Positions 28,012 to 40,854 of a stretch of 64,000 nt of DNA are shown in pieces. A program made the position numbers and the translations under genes. Source of the stretch: Eledone cirrhosa (Eukaryota); NCBI GenBank assembly GCA_964016885.1, contig OZ024757.1:20832001-20896000 (forward strand), given 5' to 3'. The notes under the pieces were generated by a model. The model was not told the origin of the DNA. It saw only the letters and a program-made list of their open reading frames with translations, and made no database searches. Position 1 is the stretch's first letter. The number at the start of each line of letters is the position of its first letter.

Positions 28012-28049
28012 ATCTTAACATTTCAGACACTAGTCTTTCATCAGAAGAT
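28012..28049 (-). ncRNA. Minimal type I hammerhead motif
   Basis: ATCTT-CTGATGA-A-AGAC tagt GTCT-GAAA-TG-TT-AAGAT. Confidence 0.68.
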
Positions 28050-28478
28050 AGAATGAGAAATAAATGATGAAATAGAAAGAAAAAAACTGAAAAGAGGGAA
28101 GAACAGAAAAAAAAGTCAGAAAAAAAAAACAACACGTGTGTATTCGTGTATTCATACGTATATATGTATATATGGAAATTCAGGTTTGCTGGGGCCCCAG
28201 GGCTGTTTCTTGAAGGGGCCCTGTTTAACAAGAGGTGCCCAAGTCATTCACCCACTCCTTCCTCACCTGATATATCTGGTCTTGTCTGCACTCTAAGTTC
28301 AAATCCCACCGATGATATTTGGCCTTTCAGTCTGTATGGTGGTAGTGTAAGACTCACAACAAAAAAGACTGCCTGTGCATACTTAAAATTGGTTGACATT
28401 GGGCGAATGGGGGAATCCATCTGTGGAAACCAAGCCAAAAATGAGGCATACAAGCATGTTGTGGTCACCTGACCTGTC

Positions 28479-28480
28479 TA

Positions 28481-28522
<42 letters not shown>

Positions 28523-28895
28523 AATTATTGTGTACAGTGCTCAGGTGCACTACAACTCATCAAAGGTGCATGTATAGTACATAGAATAATGTACAAATGT
28601 CAGGAAAGTGAACAGTGTACGAGTCATGATATAATAACAATAACAATAATGAAATATTGTGTACAGTGCCCAGGTGTACCACAACTCATCAAAAAAGTGC
28701 ATGTACAGTACATAGGGCAATGCATAAACATCAGTAAAATGAACAGTGCACGAGTCATGATACACACATGTGTGCATGTGTATGGAAGGGGTACATCAGG
28801 TGTAGTTTTGGCGTATTTCGGGAAGCATGAGTGTCTTAAAGGATGCAGTGTCTCGGCAGCTAACAATTGACGCAGGCAGTTTGTTCCATGCGTGA
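28479..28895 (-). mobile_element. CR1/L2-type LINE 3' end with (TTA)n tail
   Basis: Translates AWNKLPASIVSCRDTASFKTLMLPEIRQNYT* (WNxLP...FK motif), then 3' UTR and trinucleotide tail. Confidence 0.8.
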
Positions 28896-29821
28896 CAACC
28901 AATGAGATATGAAACATCATAAGGTAGCCATATCTCTAAAAATTACAAGGTAACTTTAAAATTAGGCATGCCATTCAGAAAACCAAACAGACTACATGTG
29001 GCCTGGAGCGTGGGCCAGAGTTTGGCCATGACTAACCCCGAGCAGTAGTTCCAAACCTTTTGTGCACTACCTCTGACCACAACATCTAAAAAATTTGTTA
29101 TGCTCCCCTTTGATAAGGAAACAACGATGATCAACTCTAAAGTGTAAATAAATTAGCATATAGATGGCGCCACATGCATATTAACATGTGCAGGAGGTGA
29201 GACAGGAGTTTCCTGACAGCAACGTGTACCAAAGTTTCCTTGGAGTAAAAGTAATAAGGTAAAACCTGAAGTTTGTTCTCATTAACATAATTCTATACTT
29301 TACTGCAACACTGATCCCTTAACTCCAGAGGAAATCATAGGGGCAGTGTATTGATATATACAGTAGGGGCAGCATTTCTAGGACAGTTAAAACCTGGCAG
29401 AGCCCACTTCCTCTCCAGGTCTGAATACAGAAGATTTCTTTCAGAGAAGGATAGAGAGAGTGAGAGAGAATATGGAAGTGAGGAAGAGATATAGAGGAAG
29501 AATCAACCCCAGTACTTGACTGGTACTTTTTAAAGTTGACCTCAACAGGATTTGAACTGAGAGAGCAGAGAGCTGGAACGAATACGGCAAAGGATTTTAT
29601 TCAATGCTCTAACGATTCTGCCAATTTGCCACCTCTAGATAGGGGTAGTGTATACCCCTATTAGAAAGAAGTCAAATTGATGAATGCTAAACATAATTAT
29701 GACCCTTTCATTTCAGGCTTTTAAAATATCTTTTTTTTTTTTATGGCTTTGTCAGATGAGAAAGGGCAATATATGACCTTTTTACAGGGGTTTCTGCTGA
29801 CTTGTAGGAGAGAGGAGAGAG

Positions 29822-29824
<3 letters not shown>

Positions 29825-29916
<92 letters not shown>

Positions 29917-29998
29917 TCCTTGTTTTTGTTTGTTTTTGTCAGTAAAACCATTTAATAAGGTTCATATTGTGACCTTGATATTTATTCATGTTTCTAAT

Positions 29999-30064
<66 letters not shown>

Positions 30065-30237
30065 CAGACAAACACACATACACACACAGAGAGACAGACA
30101 TACACACACAGAGAGACAGACATACACACACAGAGAGACAGACATACACACACAGACAGACATACACACACAGACAGACATAGACACAGGCATACACACA
30201 CACATACATTTATATAGATATACATACATATATATAT

Positions 30238-30272
<35 letters not shown>

Positions 30273-30294
30273 CTTATATATATATATATATATA

Positions 30295-30329
<35 letters not shown>

Positions 30330-30387
30330 TTATATATATATATATACATATATATATACTTATATATATATACATATATATATATAC

Positions 30388-30422
<35 letters not shown>

Positions 30423-30797
30423 GACATACATCATCATCACCGTTTTACGTCCGTTCATCCACGCTAGCATGGGTTAGAATATATATATACACATACATAC
30501 ATATATATATATACACATACACATTATAGATATAGATATACATATAGATATACATACATACATATATAGATATACATACATATATAGATATACATACATA
30601 TATATATATAGATATACATACATATATATATACATACATACATATATATAGATATACATATATATATATATATAGATATACATACATATATATATAGATA
30701 TACATACATATATATACATACATACATATATATATATAGATATACATACATATATATAGATATACATACATATATATACATACATACATACATACAT

Positions 30798-30862
<65 letters not shown>

Positions 30863-30865
30863 CAC
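29825..30865. repeat. (GA)n, (TA)n and (CATA)n microsatellites
   Basis: Direct inspection. Confidence 0.95.
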
Positions 30866-31075
30866 ATCTAATTATATGTCAAGTTACAGTCAAGCCAGAT
30901 ATTTCTTCTTGTAACAAAGGAAAGGCTGATTAGAAGAGATTAGGACAGTGAAGAGGGGGGATTAATAGGTGGAGTGGGGAGGGGCATGATTTTTAACCCT
31001 TAAATCCTAATGGATGTGAACTTTGAATATTTACTTTGGAGTCTCCATCCTAGTCATACATATATACATATATAC

Positions 31076-31121
<46 letters not shown>

Positions 31122-31139
31122 GCACTCACACACACACAT

Positions 31140-31945
31140 ATATACTTAATTTTTTTAATTTGTTTTTGCAAGATTACTTGTGTGAAAACGTGTGTTGAAA
31201 CAGATATTGTTATACTTTGGGAGGGTCATGTTGCCAATAAAAACACACGCACCTGTTGGTTTTCACTTCAATTTATTATAAATTTCCGGTTGGTTGGTTG
31301 GTTGGTTTGATAATCGGATGTTTGTTTATATATTGTCAAAGCTCTTTCGTCACACATTCTGTGACCTCCTCAGTGACTAGATTTTTACTTTGTGTCTCTC
31401 CTTTGTTCTGTCCTACACCATCTTGTTTTTGTGTTTTGAGTGTTGTGTGCTTAGTATGCACATGCGTTACATCCGGGTGTGAGTGTGTGTTTTTATTTAT
31501 TTATTTATTTATGTGTTTATTTATTTGTCACTAGTTGGTTGTTTGTTCTATCTGTGTGTGTCTGGTTTGTTTTCTTAGTTTGGTTTTTGTGTGTGTCTGT
31601 ATGTCTTCATTTTGTCCTTAATTACTAGTTGTGATGTTGCTATTCCACTCATGTTTTCTGTTTAATTTGGGTTGGAGTTCGTTTATGTTTGTCTCCTCTG
31701 TGATTTGTCTGAGCATTGCATCTTTTCTGTGTGTGGATATAAGTTCTTCACATCCATTTGGTTCTCGCTCCTTTATATGCCCTGATGCTTTGTCTCTCTG
31801 ATTGTAGCCAGAGAACTGCATGTGGTGGATGAAGTGTTGCATGTGTCTGTTGTATGTTCTTGGGGTTGCACATGCAGGACACGTTCTTCATCACTCTTAA
31901 TGCGTCTGCAATCAGTATATGTAAGAGTGATGAAGAACTTGTCCT
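31140..31945 (-). mobile_element. Penelope-like retroelement 3' remnant: endonuclease C-terminus plus pLTR; inverted relative at 44270-44645
   Basis: ORF 31618-31842 ends KDAMLRQITEETNINELQPKLNRKHEWN, resembling the RxxxE..I....P.LN end of PLE GIY-YIG domains; hammerhead about 240 nt after the stop. Confidence 0.7.
31335..31377 (-). ncRNA. Minimal type I hammerhead motif
   Basis: GTCA-CTGAGGA-G-GTCACA gaatg TGTGAC-GAAA-GAGC-TT-TGAC. Confidence 0.75.
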
Positions 31946-32094
31946 GCATGTACATACATACATATATATATATCTACATACATATATACACACACATATA
32001 TATATATATATGTATGTACACCAAAATACATCCCCGTCAACACACACAACCACACAGATACCCATCTGCACTGACACACACACACTCACATATA

Positions 32095-32420
32095 CTACAC
32101 TACACACCACACCACACTACACTACACCACACACCACACTACACCACACACCCCACTACACTACACCACCCACCACACTACACACCACACTACACTACAC
32201 AACACCACACACCACACTACACCACACACCACACCACACTACACTACACATCACCCACCACACTACATTACACACTACACACCACACTACACCACACTAC
32301 ACACCAGACTACACCACACTTCACTACACCACCCACCACACTACACTACACACTACACCACACTACACACCACACTAGACACACCACACTACACACCACT
32401 CACTACACATCACACACTAC
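32095..32420. repeat. (CACTA/CACAC)-type simple repeat
   Basis: Direct inspection. Confidence 0.9.
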
Positions 32421-32869
32421 ATGATAATGATAGTAGTGTTCGTGATGATAGTGATCATGGTAGTGGTAGTGGTGACAATGATGGTAGAGTTAACGATCTG
32501 TGTTTAGTAAAAAAGTAATAACCCGCCCCCACACACACACACACAAATTAACAATCACCCCAGTCCCCTCCTTCGCATGCAATATCCAATATTTATGTAT
32601 TTATAATGAAACCAGCAGCAAACTTCTCTAAACACCCTCACTTCTTTCTGAGAAATATCTGCAAACTCTATAGATATCTATTTACCGACCCCCAACTCAA
32701 CTGCTAACACTAACAACAATATATATATATAAGTTAATTTTAGGTTCAATCAATACATATAAATATATATCAATAATGTTTCTCAGTAAAAAGCTCAATA
32801 AATATCCGTTTGGAAGATCTATAATATAATGTATTTGTAAAAGCCTATTTGATCAGATATACATGCTAC

Positions 32870-33720
32870 AGAAGTGTACATGAACGGCAAAGTGTAAATG
32901 TATTAAGGGGGAAACTGGGTATAAGAGGGATCAAATGCTGTGGTACGGTAGGATGACAGATGCTTAACCCTTTAGTGTTCAAACCGGCCAAAGCCGGCCA
33001 GAATTCTCTACCTCTTTCTGTTGAAACTGGCTGTAACTGGTCGCTCAAACTGATGTTAAGGTTATTTTCAAAATAAATACTTTCAAAATCTCATAGATTC
33101 GATATTATGTGAGATAATTATGCGAGGTAAAGCCTTTACCATGAAAATATAATAGTATATATAGAGTAATGTGAATGTTATGTGAGATAATTATGCGAGG
33201 TAAAGCCTTTACCATGAAAATATAATAGTATATATAGAGTAATGTGAATGTTATGTGAGGTATTATGTGAGGTAAAGCCTTTACCATGAAAATATAATAG
33301 TATATATAGAGTAATGTGAATGTTATGTGAGATATTATGTGAGGTAAAGGCTTTATCATGAAAATATAATAGTATATATAGAGTAATGTGAATGCTATGT
33401 GAGATATTATGTGAGGTAAAGCCTTTACCATGAAAATATAATAGTGTATATAGAGTAATGTGAATGTTATGTGAGATATTATGTGAGGTAAAGCCTTTAC
33501 CATGAAAATATAATAGTATATATATAGAGTAATGTGAATGCTAAAGGGTTAAAGAGGTGCAGGGCTTTAACGGTTGCAGGAGGCCCCAAAAGAGGATGAC
33601 CCAAGAAGATGTGGGACGAAACTATAAAGGCAGACCTGACTCAACTGAATCTCCTAATGAGGATGACACATGATCAAGTCCTCTGGCGCTACAATGTTCG
33701 ACAAAAGAACCGTGTCGACA
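32870..33720 (+). mobile_element. Old RTE 3' fragment interrupted by a TTAA element
   Basis: SVHERQSVNVLRGKLGIRGIKC...DDRCL|KRCRALTVAGGPKRG*PKKMWDETIKADL. Confidence 0.75.
32968..33548. mobile_element. piggyBac-like MITE with internal tandem amplification of about 60 bp
   Basis: TTAA-CCCTTTAG...CTAAAGGG-TTAA; about 7 internal units at 33100-33540. Confidence 0.88.
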
Positions 33721-33849
33721 ACTCAACGCTGGACTCGACTCATAACGGCACCACCTAGCCCCACACCACAAACATGGTCGACAGCAGGCTCACCCAGTAA
33801 CTAATGAGTAAGGCCACATGACCAACTGACCAAACCTCTTTCATAAACT

Positions 33850-34930
33850 ATGGTTCCACTGTGAGAAAGGTTCAGCACAGCCAGTAGCTATGCTGTGAGA
33901 AGGGTTTGGCACAGCCAAGTGGCTTGTCCCACCTCATATCAGTTTCATCCAGTACTGGGCTTTAAAACTGTGGTTCCACTGTGAGATGGGTTTAGTGTGG
34001 CCAACTGGCCTGTCTGTCTATATAGGGGTGCCATGTGGCAACCAAACTGTTGCTCCGTTGAGAGAGGTGTCTGGCACAGCCAACTGGCCTGTCCCACCTC
34101 ATAGCAGTTTCATCCAGCACTGGGCTTCAAAACTGTTGTTCCACTGTGAGATGGGTTTAGTGTGGCCAACTGGCCTGTCCGTCTGTATAGGGGTGCCATG
34201 TGGAAACCAAACTGTTGCTCCGTTGAGAGAGGTGTCTGGCACAGCCGACTGGCCTGTCCCTCCTCATAGCAGTTTCATCCAGTACTGGGCTTCAAAACTG
34301 TCGTTCCACTGTGAGATGGGTTTAGTGTGGCCAACTGGCCTGTCCGTCTATATAGGGGTGCCATGTGGCAACCAAACTGTTGCTCCGTTGAGAGAGGTGT
34401 CTGGCATAGCCAACTGGCCTGTCCCACCTCATAGCAGTTTCATCCAGTACTGGGCTTCAAAACTGTGGTTCCACTGTGAGATGGGTTTAGTGTGGCCAAC
34501 TGGCCTGTCCGTCTGTATAGGGGTGCCATGTGGCAACCAAACTGTTGCTCCATTGAGAGAGGTGTCTGGCACAGCCGACTGGCCTGGCTCTATCTCGTAG
34601 TGGTGCCATCCAGTTCCAGGCTTCCAAACTGTGGTTCCGCAGTTAGAAGGGTCCATTGCAGCCAAATGGCCTGTTCTTCCTCACAGTGGTGCCACACTGT
34701 AAATGTAGATCTTGAGTTGTGAGTCTGCTGTGAGAAAGGTTCAGCACAGCCAGCAGCTCTGCTGTGAGAAGAGCTTGACGCAGCCAACAGGCTTCTCCCT
34801 CCTCATAGTGGTGTCACCTAGTCTCATGCTCCCAAAATGTGGTGCCATTGTGAGAAGGGTTTGACGCAGCCAACAGGCTTCTCCCTCCTCATAGTGGTGC
34901 CACCTAGTCTCATGCTCCCAAAATGTGGTA
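33850..34930. repeat. Comparatively GC-rich tandem repeat: 165-bp higher-order unit made of two about 82-bp monomers, flanked by diverged monomers
   Basis: Unit starts 33986, 34151, 34316, 34481. Confidence 0.92.
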
Positions 34931-35119
34931 CCTATTAGATGCCCCTTCATAGAAGACGAGCCCTGGTTTTACAAGGACATTTTGAAAAAAAAATTATTTT
35001 AGTACCTTTCTACATAAATGTATGAAAAATGATTTTATTATTTTTTTCAGAAACTCATATAAGTCCAACATCATTTTGCTTATGTAAATTGTATTGTACT
35101 ACTGTATTATTAATATGAA

Positions 35120-35339
35120 CCCTTTAATGTTCAAACCGACGAAAACCGGCCAGAATTCTCTACCTATTTCTGTTGAAACTGGCTGTAACTGGTCGCTCAA
35201 GCTGATGTTAAGGTATTGTTCTCAAAATAAATACTTTCAAAATCTCATACTTTCGATATTATGTGAGATAATTATGTGAGTTAAAGCCTTTACCATGAAA
35301 ATACATTAGTATATATAGAGTAATGTGAATGCTAAAGGG
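35120..35339. mobile_element. piggyBac-like MITE, unamplified copy; decayed third copy near 55125-55245
   Basis: CCCTTTA...CTAAAGGG-TTAA, same interior as 32968. Confidence 0.82.
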
Positions 35340-35509
35340 TTAATACAAACTACTGTATTAGTAATATTAATACTAACACAAACTAAATTTCTTTTAACTA
35401 TGATTGTCTTTACTCTCTGTTTGGCCTCCCATCGGTGATATGGGTAGATTTGGATGTAGGGAAGAGATTTTATATGTTTCCTTTGAAACATCCAGTATTT
35501 CGGCAAATA

Positions 35510-35825
35510 TGGAGGCACATGGCTTAGTGGTTAGAGCATTGGCCTTGCAATCGAAAGGTTCCTTGAGCAAGACACTTTATTTCACATTGCTCCAGTTTAC
35601 TCAGCTGTAGAAATGAGATGATAGGGACTGGGGTCCATATCATACCACTGCAAAGTGGTCGTGGAGGTGCCACAGCAAAAAAGCACCCAGCACTCACTGT
35701 AAATAAGGTTGGTGTTAGGAAGGGCATCCAACTGTAGAAATCAAGCCAGAATCTGTTCCCGTCCCACCCTTGCAAGCAGGCAAAAAGTGGACGTAAAATG
35801 AAATGAAATGAAAATGAAATGAATG
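35510..35825 (+). mobile_element. SINE family A with internal deletion
   Basis: Head, core, RTE-type 3' end, (AAATG)n tail. Confidence 0.9.
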
Positions 35826-35884
35826 GTACGTAGACCAAATTTAAAAAGAATATATAAGAATGAGATAGTTAACAAGTCACGTAC

Positions 35885-36244
35885 CTTGATACCATTTCTA
35901 CTCCATTTACATGTGGTGAGGTCTTTCCAACTGCCGAAGAACATATAGTTTCAACTGTGCCCTGGTTCTGATGCTGTTCTAACTGATGAGCAGATAACTT
36001 TGATTCATGATGGTGGTGATTAGCTTGTTGTGCTGACTGAGACTGTTTTTGTTGCTGCTGTTGTTGTTGCTGTTGTTGTTGTTGTTGATGTTGGTGGTGT
36101 TGTTGTTGCTGCTGCTGTTGTTGTTGTTGATGATGATGATGTTGCTGTTGGTGATGCTGCTGCTGCTGTTGATTATGCTGTTGCTGTTGGTGTTGGTGTT
36201 GATGTTGGTGCTGATTTTGCTGCTGTAGCTGTTGATGATGATGG

Positions 36245-36275
<31 letters not shown>

Positions 36276-36364
36276 GGTGCTGCTGCTGTTGTTGTTGTTG
36301 AAGGTTTTGTTGTTGTTTCTGTTGTTGTTGCTGTGACTTCTGCTGCTGTTTGAACCGAGACAGA
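35885..36364 (-). CDS. Candidate internal coding exon, Gln/His-rich, host gene unidentified
   Basis: Acceptor ttgttctttAG, donor AG|GTACGT, 480 bp (phase 2-2), stop-free, mixed CAA/CAG/CAT codons plus non-repetitive C-terminal part ESKLSAHQLEQHQNQGTVETICSSAVGKTSPHVNGVEMVS. Confidence 0.6.
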
Positions 36365-36572
36365 CTAAAGAACAACCCCAAAATAGATTTCAAGTTCCCA
36401 TCTTTGATATCTGGAAGAAAGTAACAAAATAAGAAAGCTTAATATTTTGGAGATAGAAAGATCTGGATAATAATTCTCCAAATCTTTTGAAAGGAAGAAA
36501 TAGAAAAATATACCCAATTAATGAAAATTAATACATGATGATGATGATGATGATGATATATATATATATATA

Positions 36573-37035
36573 TATGATGCCTGTGTGAGGAGCGCGATGC
36601 TGCATGGTAGTGAGACATGGGCAGCAACTGCAGAGGATATGCGACGGCTGGAGAGAAATGAGGCAAGCATGCTCCGTTGGATGTGCAGTGTCAATGTGCG
36701 TGAACAACCCAGCATGGATGTGTTGAGAGAGAAACTGTGTCTGAGAGGGATAGAATGTAGTGTACGGGAGAGGAGACTGAGGTGGTATGGACATGTGATG
36801 CGCATGGAGGATGACCGATGGGTGAAGAAGTGCCAGGAATTGCCAGTTGAAGGAAGACGTGGTAGAGGTAGACCACAAAAAACATGGGCGGAGGTGGTGA
36901 GACAGACCTCAGATCATTGAAGCTCACGGTGGAGATGACGAGGGACCGTTACGAGTGGAGAGATGCTGTGTTGAATAGGACCCGTCCCACCCTTGTAAGC
37001 GGGGAAAAGCGGACGTAAAATGATGATGATGATGA
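36573..37035 (+). mobile_element. Young RTE LINE family 1, 5'-truncated
   Basis: ORF 36585-36920, nearly identical to the 17482 copy. Confidence 0.95.
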
Positions 37036-37039
37036 TATC

Positions 37040-37502
37040 ATTATCATCATTTAACATCGATTTTCCATGCTAGCATGGGTTAAATAGGTTGTACCGTTTG
37101 AGGCAAGTTGGGTCAGGTGACCATGTCTTGCTCACACAAAACTTTTTCTGGATAGGTTTCTATGCCCTTCCTAATGCCAACCACATTTAGAGTGCGGACT
37201 GGGTGCTTTTTGTCGTGACACCTACCCAACCACTTTATAGTGTAGACTGGGTGCTTTTTGTTGTGACACCTACACAACCACATTACAGTGTGGGCTGAGT
37301 ACTTTTTGTTGTGACACCTACACAACGACTTTACAGTGTGGGCTGGGTGCTTTTTGTTGTGACACCTACACAACCACATTTAGAGTGTGGACTGGGTGCT
37401 TTTTGTCGTGACACCTACACAACGACTTTACAGTGTGGACTGGGTGCTTTTTGTTGTGACACCTACACAACCATTTTACATTGTGGGCTGGGTGCTTTTT
37501 TT
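37040..37502 (-). mobile_element. SINE family A-related 3' part with about 7 tandem 48-bp units
   Basis: Repeated ctgggtgctttttgttgtgacacctacacaaccac. Confidence 0.85.
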
Positions 37503-38191
37503 ATTACATACACTCTGCCAGTACATTGGGTGTTCATATTGGTAGCACCAGTAATTGTATATAACAACTTGCCTAGTGTTGGTTCCACAGTAAAATGCAG
37601 ATAGTGGAGTGTGGGATCCTGTGTGAGGCTTCCAACCTACATGGAAGTCAGAGGCTCCGCTTGAATATTGACCGGTCTGTGACAACATGTCGAACCCATA
37701 CTAACAGGGAAAACAGACATTAAATGATGATGATTATCTAAAACACACACACACACATACACAAAACAAAACAGAAAACAAACAAAAACGAAAAAAAGAA
37801 AGACTAAAAATCTATTCTCTGAAATATTGGTAAAACTGTAAGGTATTGTTATTTTTGTTGGTTTGTCACCATTGATTTATGGAATGCATTTTTAATTCTG
37901 TTGTCTGCACTGAATAAACTATTTGATTTCAATGGGAGAAATTTATGGGAAAATAATTATCTTGGCTTTATTTTAATCTTTGCCAAATATTGTTTTATTT
38001 TTTTTATTGAACAGAGATAATCAAATAAAATATTTTAAAAAGTTACCCACTCCCACCCCACCTCACCCCTCCTTTTTATTGTTCTTGCTTCATTCTTAAC
38101 TTGATGAATATTCTTAACATCCTGTAATGATTTAGTAGAAAATATCTAAACAAAAGTTTGTTAATTTAAATGTTTATAATATATATATATA

Positions 38192-38366
38192 CAGTAGAAG
38201 GAAGATGTAGTGGAGGTAGACCACGTAAAACATGGGCAGACCTCAGATCGCTGAAACTCACCGAGGAGATGACGAAGGACCGTGACAAGTAGAGAGATGC
38301 TGTGCTGAATAGGACCCATCCAAAAGCGAACGTAAAATGATAATGATGATGATGATGATGATGATA
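38192..38366 (+). mobile_element. RTE family 1 extreme 3' fragment; another at 49863-50010
   Basis: ggtagaccacgtaaaacatggg...gctgtgctgaataggaccc, (ATG)n tail. Confidence 0.85.
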
Positions 38367-39120
38367 CTAGTGGACAGATTTTAGTGAAGATTTTCTTTAT
38401 TATCTCTTAATTCTCTGTAATAATTTAGCAGAAAATATCTAAAAACAGGCTTGTTGATTTTACATGTTTGTAGTAACTTTACAAGATCTATCTACCCACT
38501 TTACATTAATGCCTAACTTAACTCTTCTATAGAGATAAATAAAATAAATATGTGATTATAAATATTTCAATCATAATGTAGTGTTTTATTCAACATTTTT
38601 TAATCTTAAAATACTTTAATCAGTAAATTGCTTTGTATTTGAAACATGTAGTGGAGACTTTATGATTGACTACAATCCTTGAAGATGGTGCTCCAGCATG
38701 GCCACAATATAATGACAGGAAACTGGGACACTACACACATATATTGTTTCTTTGATAAACGGTCCATGTCTTAGCCCATTGCATATAGGAATCGTCAATA
38801 AGTGCTTTGTTGAAAGTATGTATGTATGGACCAATAACTCTGAGTGGAATCATAGAGGCATTTTAAAAAACTGGCAGAGCTCAGCTCCTCTCCTGGTCTG
38901 AACACAGTTGATTTCTTCCAACGAAGGAAAAAGAGAGTGACAGAAAGGAAGTGAGAAAGAGATATAGAGGAAGAATCAACCCCAGTACTAAACTGGTACT
39001 GTATATATGTATATATATATATATATATATAGTGAAAAATTGAACGGGAACAAAACAGAGAGGCAGTACGAAACAAAGGTTTATTAGTTTCACGCTCTTG
39101 AGAGTGGGGTGGTGGTGGGG

Positions 39121-39154
39121 AACGACGTTTCGGGCATAAGCCCTTCTTCAGGTG
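39121..39154 (-). ncRNA. Minimal Penelope-type hammerhead motif in remnant 39030-39445
   Basis: CTGAAGA-A-GGGC ttat GCCC-GAAACGTC; stem I only about 2 bp; AATAAA about 40 nt downstream. Confidence 0.7.
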
Positions 39155-39475
39155 AAAAGTGTGTGGGAAGAGAGTTCAAAGGGTGTGTAGGGGAGTGGTG
39201 GAGAGACATATAGCAAAAAGGGGGTGAGAGGAAACGGTGCAAATGAAATTAAAAATAAAGGCATGATCAAAATAAAATTAAAATGGGGTAAAACAGGTGG
39301 TGGAAGGGTGTGGGGCGTGTAGGGGTGGTGGCGGGTGGAGTGGGGAGAGGGAGACGGGGTGTCCGAGCGGGGAGGGCTGAAGGTGGTGTGTAGGTGTGTG
39401 TGTGTGTGTATGTGAAAGCAAGGGTTGGTGGAAGAACGGGGTTGCATATATATATATATATATATATATAGATAT

Positions 39476-39680
39476 ATAGAAGTGGTTACACAACAGTTAG
39501 TTCACCATACCGAGAACAATTGTTTCACCTTAGCGGATCCTCAGCTTGTAACGCTGAGGATCCGCTAAGGTGAAACAATTGTTCTCGGTCATGGTGAACT
39601 AACTGTTGTGTTACCACATCTACCTAACTCGTCCCATGGACTGAGTACTCTACCACTACTGGTATTACCTTCCAGTGTTC
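39476..39680. mobile_element. Fold-back Penelope-like remnant with two opposed hammerheads
   Basis: Arms about 39477-39545 and 39553-39622, 7-nt loop; minus-strand hammerhead at 39509-39548. Confidence 0.75.
39553..39588 (+). ncRNA. Minimal type I hammerhead motif
   Basis: CTGAGGA-TCC gctaa GGT-GAAA-CAATTG-TT; palindromic stem III. Confidence 0.65.
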
Positions 39681-39814
39681 TACCTCTCTCTCTATATATA
39701 TGTGTGTGTGTGAGGGAGAGAGAGAGATAGAGAAAGAGAGAGAAAAAGAGAGAGATATAGTAGAAAAATCTACCCCAGTGCTAAACTGGTACTGTATATA
39801 TGTGTGTGTGTATA

Positions 39815-40130
39815 TTTGGTGTTGGATGTTTAAAGCATCCATATGCGCACTCAATGCCCTCATAGAGCAGAGTATGATATCACAGAAAAAAGAGAATCAG
39901 TGTTGTGACGAAAGGAATTTTTTGGACATATTACAAATGTTTCTCGGACGACCAGCTCAAGGCACGATCGATATGGTGCTCAAACCTGACTCTGAAATCG
40001 CGCTGTCCTCGGATACGTCTCGATTCTACAAAGCAGATTTTCCTATTGAGCTAGTCGCCCGAGAAACAATTGTAATATGTCCAAGAAATTCCTTTCGTCG
40101 CAACACTGATTCTCATTTTTTTGTGATATA
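39815..40130. mobile_element. Fold-back Penelope-like remnant, homologous to 55790-56045
   Basis: Arms about 39877-39960 and 40046-40129; minus-strand hammerhead 39925-40019 with mutated core CCGAGGA. Confidence 0.72.
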
Positions 40131-40425
40131 TCATCATCATCATCATCATTTCATTTTACGTCCGCTTTTCCCTGCTTGCAAGGGTGGGACGGGAACTGAT
40201 TCTGGCTTGATTTCTACAGCTGGATGCCCTTCCTAACACCAACCTCATTTACAGTGAGTGCTGGGTGCTTTTTTTGCGTGGCACCTCCACGACCACTTTG
40301 CAGTGGAATGATAGGGACCCCAGTCCCTATCATCTCATTTCTATAGCTGAGTAAACTGGAGCAATGTGAAATAAAGTGTCTTGCTCAAGGAAACAACACA
40401 TCACCCGGTCTGAGAATTGAACTCA
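40131..40425 (-). mobile_element. SINE family A, 5'-truncated
   Basis: Near-identical to other copies. Confidence 0.92.
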
Positions 40426-40854
40426 TATATATATATATGTGTGTGTGAGGGAGAGAGAGATAGAGGAAGTGAGAAAGAGATATAGAGGACGAACCCACCC
40501 CAGTATTAGACTGGTACTTTCTTTTTATCAACCTCAAAAGGGTGAAAGGTAAAGTCAAACCAAAACAGGATTTGAGAGGAGAGAGCTGGAACAAAATAGC
40601 TCAGTAAACTGAGAGACAGAAATTGATAATAAGCAATTCTGATTAGTTTAAGATTTCTTAAAAAACACATAAACATTCATTAGTGTATCGAAGTATTTTG
40701 TTTGCTGTAATGGCTACCTGACAAAAATTACATTTAATTGTCTTAAACGTATTTGTAATATTTGCAGAATGAAATATATTACATTATCCAAAACCATAAA
40801 TATATTATAGTTGCCAATATACCAGAGTTGCCAAAACATCAGGGTTGCCAATAT

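Noticed and set aside
33850-34930. Monomers of about 84 bp as a C2H2 zinc-finger array
   Set aside because: CEKG-like words occur, but paired Cys and His residues are not in a common frame and there are no TGEKP linkers
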